NCBI GenBank assembly: GCA_023419875.1
Contig: JAEZXM010000105.1
Location: forward strand, 1-43,064
Direction of reading: 5' to 3'
Source of the DNA: Pseudomonadota bacterium
GTDB taxonomy: Bacteria; Myxococcota; Myxococcia; Myxococcales; Anaeromyxobacteraceae
Length of the DNA: 43,064 bases
The notes under the pieces: model-generated
Told to the model about the DNA's origin: nothing
Database searches by the model: none
What the model saw: the letters and a program-made list of their open reading frames with translations, nothing else
In this document: positions 37,894 through 43,064 of the stretch, piece by piece
Numbering within the stretch: the stretch's first letter is position 1
How the letters are laid out: each line of letters starts with the position of its first letter
Program-made: the position numbers and the translations under genes

Positions 37894-40206
37894 ATGCACA
37901 ACAGCAAGCGACTCTGGATCGCGCTCGGCCTCGCCGTGGCGGGCGCGTTCGCCATCCTCGGCTTCTTCGGCCGCGAGGTGTACCGCGCCGCACCGCCCAT
38001 CCCCGAGCGCGTCGTCACCGAGGGTGGACGCGTCCTCATGACGAAGGACGACATCCTCTCCGGGCAGCAGGTATGGCAGACGATGGGCGGGCAGCAGGTC
38101 GGTTCGATCTGGGGCCACGGCGCCTATCAGGCGCCGGACTGGACCGCGGACTGGCTGCACCGCGAGCTCACCGCGCTGCTCGATCTCTGGGCGCTGCGCG
38201 AGCACGGGAAGCCGTACGACGCGCTCGGCGGCGAGGCACAGGCGGGCCTGCGCGGCCGGCTCGCCGAGGTCGTCCGCACGAACCGCCACGACGCCGCGAC
38301 GGGCACGGTGACGGTGAGCGACGACCGCGCCCTGGCGATGGCCCAGGCCGCCGCGCACTACGACGCGCTCTTCGGTGGCGACCCGGCGCTCGCCGGGCTC
38401 CGCGAGGACTACGCGCTCACGAACGCGCCGGTGCCGGATCCCGCGCGTCGCAAGCTCCTCGCGTCCTTCTTCTTCTGGACGTCCTGGGCCGCGTCCACCG
38501 CGCGCCCCGGCACGGCGGCGACGTACACCAACAACTGGCCGCACGAGCCGCTCATCGGCAACGTCCCCACCGGCCCCAACGTGCTCTGGTCGGTGCTGAG
38601 CGTCGTGGTGCTCCTCGCGGGCATCGGCGCGCTCGTCTGGTGGAAGGCTTTCAAGGACCGCGAGGAGGCTCCGCCCGCGCCGCCGCGCGCCGACCCGCTC
38701 GACCGGATCGTCGTGACGCCCTCGATGAAGGCGGCCGCGAAGTACGGCGTGGTCGTCGTCGCGCTGCTCGCGGCGCAGGTCAGCCTCGGCGCCCTCCTCG
38801 CCCACTACACGGTCGAGGGCCAGGGCTTCTTCGGCTACAGGCGCCTCGCCGAGCTCCTGCCGTACGCCGTCGTCCGCACCTGGCACCTCCAGCTCGGCGT
38901 GTTCTGGATCGCGACCGCGTTCCTCGCCTTCGGCCTCTTCCTCGCCCCGGCGATCGGCGGCGCCGAGCCGAAGCATCAGCGCCTCGGCGTGAACGTCCTC
39001 TTCGGCGCGCTCCTCCTCGTCGTGGTGGGCTCGCTCGCCGGCGAGTACCTCGCCATCCAGAACCAGCTCGGCGACAGGATCTCCTTCTGGTTCGGCCATC
39101 AGGGCTACGAATACATCGACCTCGGCCGCGGCTGGCAGATCGCCCTCTACGGCGGGATCGGCCTCTGGCTCTTCCTCGTGGCGCGGGCGCTCCTCCCCGC
39201 CCTCCGGCAACGCGACGATCGGCGGGAGATCCTCTTCCTCTTCACCGCCTCGGTCGTGGCCATCGGCCTCATGTACGGCGCCGGGCTCATGTACGGCGCG
39301 CGGACCCACCTCTCGGTGATGGAGTACTGGCGCTGGTGGGTGGTGCACCTCTGGGTGGAGGGCTTCTTCGAGGTCTTCGCCACCGCGGCGATCGCGTTCC
39401 TGTTCGTCCGGATGGGGCTCGTCCGCCCCGGCAGCGCCACCCGCGCGACGCTCTTCTCGACGACGCTCTACCTCGCCGCCGGCATCCCCGGCACCTTCCA
39501 CCACCTGTACTTCTCGGGCACGCCGGTCTCGATCATGGCGGTGGGCGCGTCGTTCAGCGCGCTCGAGGTGGTGCCGCTCGTGCTCGTCGGGTTCGAGGCC
39601 TTCCACAACCTCCAGGTCTCGCGCGCGGCGGCGTGGGTGCGGCCGTACCGCTGGCCCATCATGTTCTTCCTCGGCGCCACCTTCTGGAACCTGGTCGGCG
39701 CGGGCCTCTTCGGGTTCCTCATCAACCCGCCCATCGCGCTCTACTACGTGCAGGGGCTCAACACGACGCCGGTCCACGGCCACGCCGCGCTCTTCGGCGT
39801 GTACGGCCTGCTCGGCCTCGGGCTCGTGCTGCTCGTCCTCCGTCGGCTCCGTCCGGGCGAGGAGTGGAACGAGAAGCCGCTCAGGGTCGCGTTCTGGGGG
39901 ATGAACATCGGCCTCGCGCTCATGATCTCCCTCTCCCTCCTCCCGATCGGCATCCTCCAGGCGTCGGCGAGCATCGAGACCGGTCTCTGGTACGCGCGCA
40001 GCGCCGAGTTCCTGCAGCAGCCGCTCATCCAGGGCCTGCGCTGGCTCCGGATGATCGGTGACACGATCTTCGTCGTCGGCGTCGCGAGCCTCGCCTGGTT
40101 CACCGCGTCCTGGGTCCTCGGCCGGTTCCCGGCGCGGGCGCCGGAGGTCCTGTCCGTCGAGCCCGGCGGCCTCGAGGAGGAGCGGGCGCGCAAGCTCAAC
40201 GCCTGA
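37894..40206 (+). CDS. norB: Quinol-dependent nitric oxide reductase (qNor), copy 2
   Basis: 770 aa; GSIWGHGAYQAPDWTAD, WRWWVVHLWVEGFFEVF, GTFHHLYF, VHGHAALFGVYG. Confidence 0.95.
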   Translation: MHNSKRLWIALGLAVAGAFAILGFFGREVYRAAPPIPERVVTEGGRVLMTKDDILSGQQVWQTMGGQQVGSIWGHGAYQAPDWTADWLHRELTALLDLWALREHGKPYDALGGEAQAGLRGRLAEVVRTNRHDAATGTVTVSDDRALAMAQAAAHYDALFGGDPALAGLREDYALTNAPVPDPARRKLLASFFFWTSWAASTARPGTAATYTNNWPHEPLIGNVPTGPNVLWSVLSVVVLLAGIGALVWWKAFKDREEAPPAPPRADPLDRIVVTPSMKAAAKYGVVVVALLAAQVSLGALLAHYTVEGQGFFGYRRLAELLPYAVVRTWHLQLGVFWIATAFLAFGLFLAPAIGGAEPKHQRLGVNVLFGALLLVVVGSLAGEYLAIQNQLGDRISFWFGHQGYEYIDLGRGWQIALYGGIGLWLFLVARALLPALRQRDDRREILFLFTASVVAIGLMYGAGLMYGARTHLSVMEYWRWWVVHLWVEGFFEVFATAAIAFLFVRMGLVRPGSATRATLFSTTLYLAAGIPGTFHHLYFSGTPVSIMAVGASFSALEVVPLVLVGFEAFHNLQVSRAAAWVRPYRWPIMFFLGATFWNLVGAGLFGFLINPPIALYYVQGLNTTPVHGHAALFGVYGLLGLGLVLLVLRRLRPGEEWNEKPLRVAFWGMNIGLALMISLSLLPIGILQASASIETGLWYARSAEFLQQPLIQGLRWLRMIGDTIFVVGVASLAWFTASWVLGRFPARAPEVLSVEPGGLEEERARKLNA

Positions 40207-40235
40207 GCCGGGCCCCTCCCCCCTGGCCCGGACGA

Positions 40236-40267
40236 GAGGCCCGGTCGGCGCGAGCCGGCCGGGCCTC
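40236..40267 (+). terminator. GC-rich hairpin after norB copy 2
   Basis: GAGGCCCGGTCGGC-GCGA-GCCGGCCGGGCCTC: 14-bp stem, GNRA loop, weak U tract. Confidence 0.55.
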
Positions 40268-40295
40268 GTGCTGTCGTGCCCCGCCCAGGGCGCAC

Positions 40296-40326
40296 TTGAC
40301 CATTCATGGACACGCGCGTACATGAA
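40296..40326 (+). promoter_or_regulatory. Sigma70-type promoter with overlapping palindromic operator of the toxin-antitoxin operon
   Basis: TTGACC-17 nt-TACATG; inverted repeat TTCATG (40303-40308) / CATGAA (40321-40326). Confidence 0.55.
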
Positions 40327-40331
40327 AGGAC

Positions 40332-40607
40332 ATGAAGCTCCGCACGAGTTCTTCCCGGCTCAAAGCCAAGATGGGCCAGTACATGCGCGCGGTGCGCGCT
40401 GGCAAGGAAGTCGTGATCACCGACCGGGACCGGCCGGTGGCCCGGCTGCTTCCTTACGACGAGCCTGCGCCGACCGGTGCCGAGCTGGTGATCGCCCGAC
40501 CGAAGGACCCGGACGCCCCTCCGCTCGGAGCGGTCGAGGTGCGGGCGATCGTCTACCGCGGCAGGGCGACGACCGAGCTGCTCGTGGAAGACCGGGCGCG
40601 GCGATGA
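40332..40607 (+). CDS. Phd/YefM family antitoxin
   Basis: LKAKMGQYMRAVRAGKEVVITDRDRPVARLLP. Confidence 0.9.
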   Translation: MKLRTSSSRLKAKMGQYMRAVRAGKEVVITDRDRPVARLLPYDEPAPTGAELVIARPKDPDAPPLGAVEVRAIVYRGRATTELLVEDRARR

Positions 40608-41020
40608 TCGCCCTGCTCGACACCAGCGTCGTGCTGCGGAAGCTCTTCGGCGAGAAGGGCTCCCTCGCCGAGTGGTCGCAGGTGTCGGAGGCCTTCGCCT
40701 CCCGGCTCCTCCTCGTGGAGCTCGGCAGGACGATCGACCGGAGCCGTCTCGCGGGTGACATCGACGACGCCCAGGTGGAACACCTGCACCGGGAGGCGCG
40801 ACACCTCCTGCGGTCCATCGACGTCGTCGCCCTGAGCGAGCCCATCCTCATCCGTGCCGCCTCCCCGATGCCGACCACACTGGGCTCGCTGGACGCGATC
40901 CACCTCGCGACCGCGCTCGAGCTCTCGGCTGCGGGGAAGACGTCACTCTTCCTGGCCACGCACGACACGCAGCTCGCTCGCGCGGCACGTGCATCGGGCC
41001 TCGAGGTGTGCGGCGCCTGA
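40604..41020 (+). CDS. vapC: VapC (PIN domain) toxin
   Basis: ATGA overlap; LLDTSVVLR, LVE, LGSLDAIHLATA, THDTQLARAA. Confidence 0.9.
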   Translation: MIALLDTSVVLRKLFGEKGSLAEWSQVSEAFASRLLLVELGRTIDRSRLAGDIDDAQVEHLHREARHLLRSIDVVALSEPILIRAASPMPTTLGSLDAIHLATALELSAAGKTSLFLATHDTQLARAARASGLEVCGA

Positions 41021-41089
41021 GGCACGGCGTGCCGAGAGCGGCGCGACGCCACCGGCGGCGGTAGGATTCGCCGGCCCACGCCCGCCGCC

Positions 41090-42034
41090 ATGCCCCAGCT
41101 CGCCGCCCTCGCCAAGGTCGTCCCCGTCCTCCTCGTCATCGCGCTCGGCGTGCTCCTCCGCCGCCTGCGCGTCCTCGGACCGTCCACCGCGGGCGAGCTC
41201 AAGAAGCTCGTCGTGAACGTCACCCTCCCGGCGCTCCTCTTCCTCGCCTTCGCACGGCTCGAGGCGGAGGTCCGGTACCTGGGGCTCGTGGGGGTCATCT
41301 TCCTCGCCTGTCTCGCCGGCCTCCTCCTCGGGATGACGCTCCGGCGCGTCGCCGGGATCCGCGCGCGGACCTTCCCCGTGCTCCTCACCGGGTTCGAGGC
41401 CGGGATGATGGGGTACGCGCTCTACGCGTCGATCTACGGCCAGGAGAACCTGCACCGCTTCGCGCTCGTGGACCTCGGACACGTGGTCTTCGTCTTCGCC
41501 GTGCTCATGCCGTTCCTCGAGCGGACGACGCGCGGGCCGCGCCCCATCGGCGCGACGCTCCTCGGCGTCGTCCGCACGCCGGTCATCGTCGCCATCGTCC
41601 TGGGCCTCGTGGTGGGGGCGGCCGGGCTCCTCGAGGCGGTGTCCGCGGCGCCGCTCGGGGCCGCGATCCCCGACGCGATCGCGCTCGTCGGCAGCCTCAC
41701 CACCCCGCTCGTCGCGCTCCTCATCGGCTTCGACCTCCGGCTCGAGCTCCGAGGCCTCGCGCGGCCCGCGTACACGCTCGCGCTGCGGCTGCTCGTCTGG
41801 ATCCCGTTCGGACTCCTCGTCTCGGAGCTCGTGATCCGGCGCTGGCTCGGCCTCGATCGCGGCTCCGCCGCGGCGCTGATGCTCCTCGTCGTCCTCCCGC
41901 CGCCGTTCGTCATCCCGATCTTCCTGCCCGCAGGCGAGCGCGCGGAGCTCGACTACGCCGTCCGGACGCTGGCGCTCGCGACCATCGTGGCACTCGCCGG
42001 CGTGACCGCGGTGGCGGTGCTCTTCCCCGCCTGA
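41090..42034 (+). CDS. AEC (auxin efflux carrier) family transporter
   Basis: LKKLVVNVTLPALLF, MGYAL, RTPVIVA, PLVALLIG; about 10 TM. Confidence 0.85.
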   Translation: MPQLAALAKVVPVLLVIALGVLLRRLRVLGPSTAGELKKLVVNVTLPALLFLAFARLEAEVRYLGLVGVIFLACLAGLLLGMTLRRVAGIRARTFPVLLTGFEAGMMGYALYASIYGQENLHRFALVDLGHVVFVFAVLMPFLERTTRGPRPIGATLLGVVRTPVIVAIVLGLVVGAAGLLEAVSAAPLGAAIPDAIALVGSLTTPLVALLIGFDLRLELRGLARPAYTLALRLLVWIPFGLLVSELVIRRWLGLDRGSAAALMLLVVLPPPFVIPIFLPAGERAELDYAVRTLALATIVALAGVTAVAVLFPA

Positions 42035-42111
42035 TCCTCGCGGAACGAGCTCCCGGCACGCGCCTTGCGATGCAGGCGCGAGAACGTCCTTTCCGTGCGG
42101 GGAGCCCCGAA

Positions 42112-42771
42112 ATGCCGACCCCTCTCTTCGAACGCGTCCTCCTTGCCACGCGCAGGCGTGGCCGGGGAACCGCGGTGCTCGTCCTCTCCGCCCTGGCCGT
42201 CGGCCTCTGGGCGCTCCGCGGGCGGTGGGCGCCGGGCGGATTCCCGTACCTCAACTACAACCTCGTCCTTGCGTGGATCCCCTGGCTCCTCGGGCTCGCC
42301 GCGGTGCGGGCGCGGACGCCGCTCGGCTTCCTCGCCCTCCTCCCCGCCTGGCTCGTCTTCCTCCCGAACGCGCCCTACCTCGTGACCGACCTCCTGCACC
42401 TCCGCCCGCGGTCGCCGGTGCCGGTCTGGTACGACGCCCTTCTCTACGGTGCGTACGCGGCCGCCGGGAGCGCGCTCGGGTGGACCTCGCTCTCCATGGT
42501 GCGCGAGCGCGCCGCGTCGCTCGTGGGCGAGGTCCGCGCGGAGCTCGCAGCGATCGCTGTCTCGGTGCTCGTGGGGTTCGGCGTATACCTCGGCCGGTTC
42601 GGGCGCTGGAACTCGTGGGACCTCTGGCGCCGCCCGCAGGCGCTCCTCGAGGGCGCGGCGGCGTCGGTCTCCGTACGCGCGGCGGTGTTCAGCGCGATGT
42701 TCGGCGTGTTCGTCTGGGCGGGGTGCCTCATGGTGGCGCGGGTCGAGGCGCGGACGTACGAGCGCTCCTAG
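42112..42771 (+). CDS. DUF1361 family membrane protein
   Basis: NLVLAWIP, FLPNAPYLVTDLLHL, GVYLGRFGRWNSWD. Confidence 0.85.
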   Translation: MPTPLFERVLLATRRRGRGTAVLVLSALAVGLWALRGRWAPGGFPYLNYNLVLAWIPWLLGLAAVRARTPLGFLALLPAWLVFLPNAPYLVTDLLHLRPRSPVPVWYDALLYGAYAAAGSALGWTSLSMVRERAASLVGEVRAELAAIAVSVLVGFGVYLGRFGRWNSWDLWRRPQALLEGAAASVSVRAAVFSAMFGVFVWAGCLMVARVEARTYERS

Positions 42772-43064
42772 CCGCCCTGGCGGCCACGACCACGCCCACC
42801 GGCTGCACGGCGAGGAGCAGCATCGCCGCGAGGAGCCCGGCCCGGTCCGCGGCGAGGCCGACGAGGATCGGCACCGCGAGATCGAGCACGCTGAAGGCGG
42901 AGGCCACCGCCTGCACGACGTGAGGGCGATCCGGCAGCGCCGCGAACGCGCGCGCCTTGAGGAGCGGGTCGTGCGCGGCGGTGAAGAGCCCCGAGACCGC
43001 GGCCAGGGCGGCGCTCGCCGCCCAGTGCGGCGCGGCGAGCCAGGCGAGGTGGCTCGCGAGCGAG
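42728..43064 (-). CDS. MFS transporter, C-terminal fragment (5'-partial)
   Basis: Frame is open from the window end: ...VSGLFTAAHDPLLKARAFAALPDRP...PILVGLAADRAGLLAAMLLL; G.LAD..G motif of the last MFS helices. Confidence 0.7.
   Translation of the reverse strand, partial: SLASHLAWLAAPHWAASAALAAVSGLFTAAHDPLLKARAFAALPDRPHVVQAVASAFSVLDLAVPILVGLAADRAGLLAAMLLLAVQPVGVVVAARAARSARTSAPRPAPP

Overview
High-GC bacterial DNA; GC level and gene content suggest an Anaeromyxobacter-like Myxococcota (inference). The window splits at a tRNA-Phe 3' remnant plus terminator at about 16.9-17.0 kb. Left of it (1-16,911), codon usage is visibly less GC-biased and the region is the right-hand end of a tRNA-integrated defence island. 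It holds a type I R-M operon (hsdM-S-R) followed by an AbiJ/HEPN-like gene that runs off the left edge; a DUF6338-like membrane protein, two tandem paralogous Pro-rich micropeptides (absent from the ORF track as separate genes), a TIR protein and a small multi-TM pore-like protein; a convergent membrane-anchored TIR paralogue; a MerR / small protein / HD-phosphohydrolase-PRTase fusion operon; and an anti-phage dCTP deaminase flanked by a structured upstream gap and a coupled 65-aa ORF. Right of it is host-like DNA: a sigma54-driven nitrite assimilation cluster (nirA, Fe-S/FAD reductase, nirC, split siroheme synthase), patatin, MATE, LacI, two different quinol NO reductases, a GalU-like gene plus a GHMP kinase-UDPGP fusion, norR/ric/norB with three NorR boxes and a sigma54 promoter, a Phd/VapC toxin-antitoxin pair, an AEC transporter, DUF1361 and a partial MFS gene. 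The best candidates for an undescribed system are the membrane protein-micropeptide-TIR-pore cassette (7.3-9.8 kb) and the MerR-HD/PRTase operon (10.3-13.8 kb). All family calls come from motif recognition by eye; no database searches were run.
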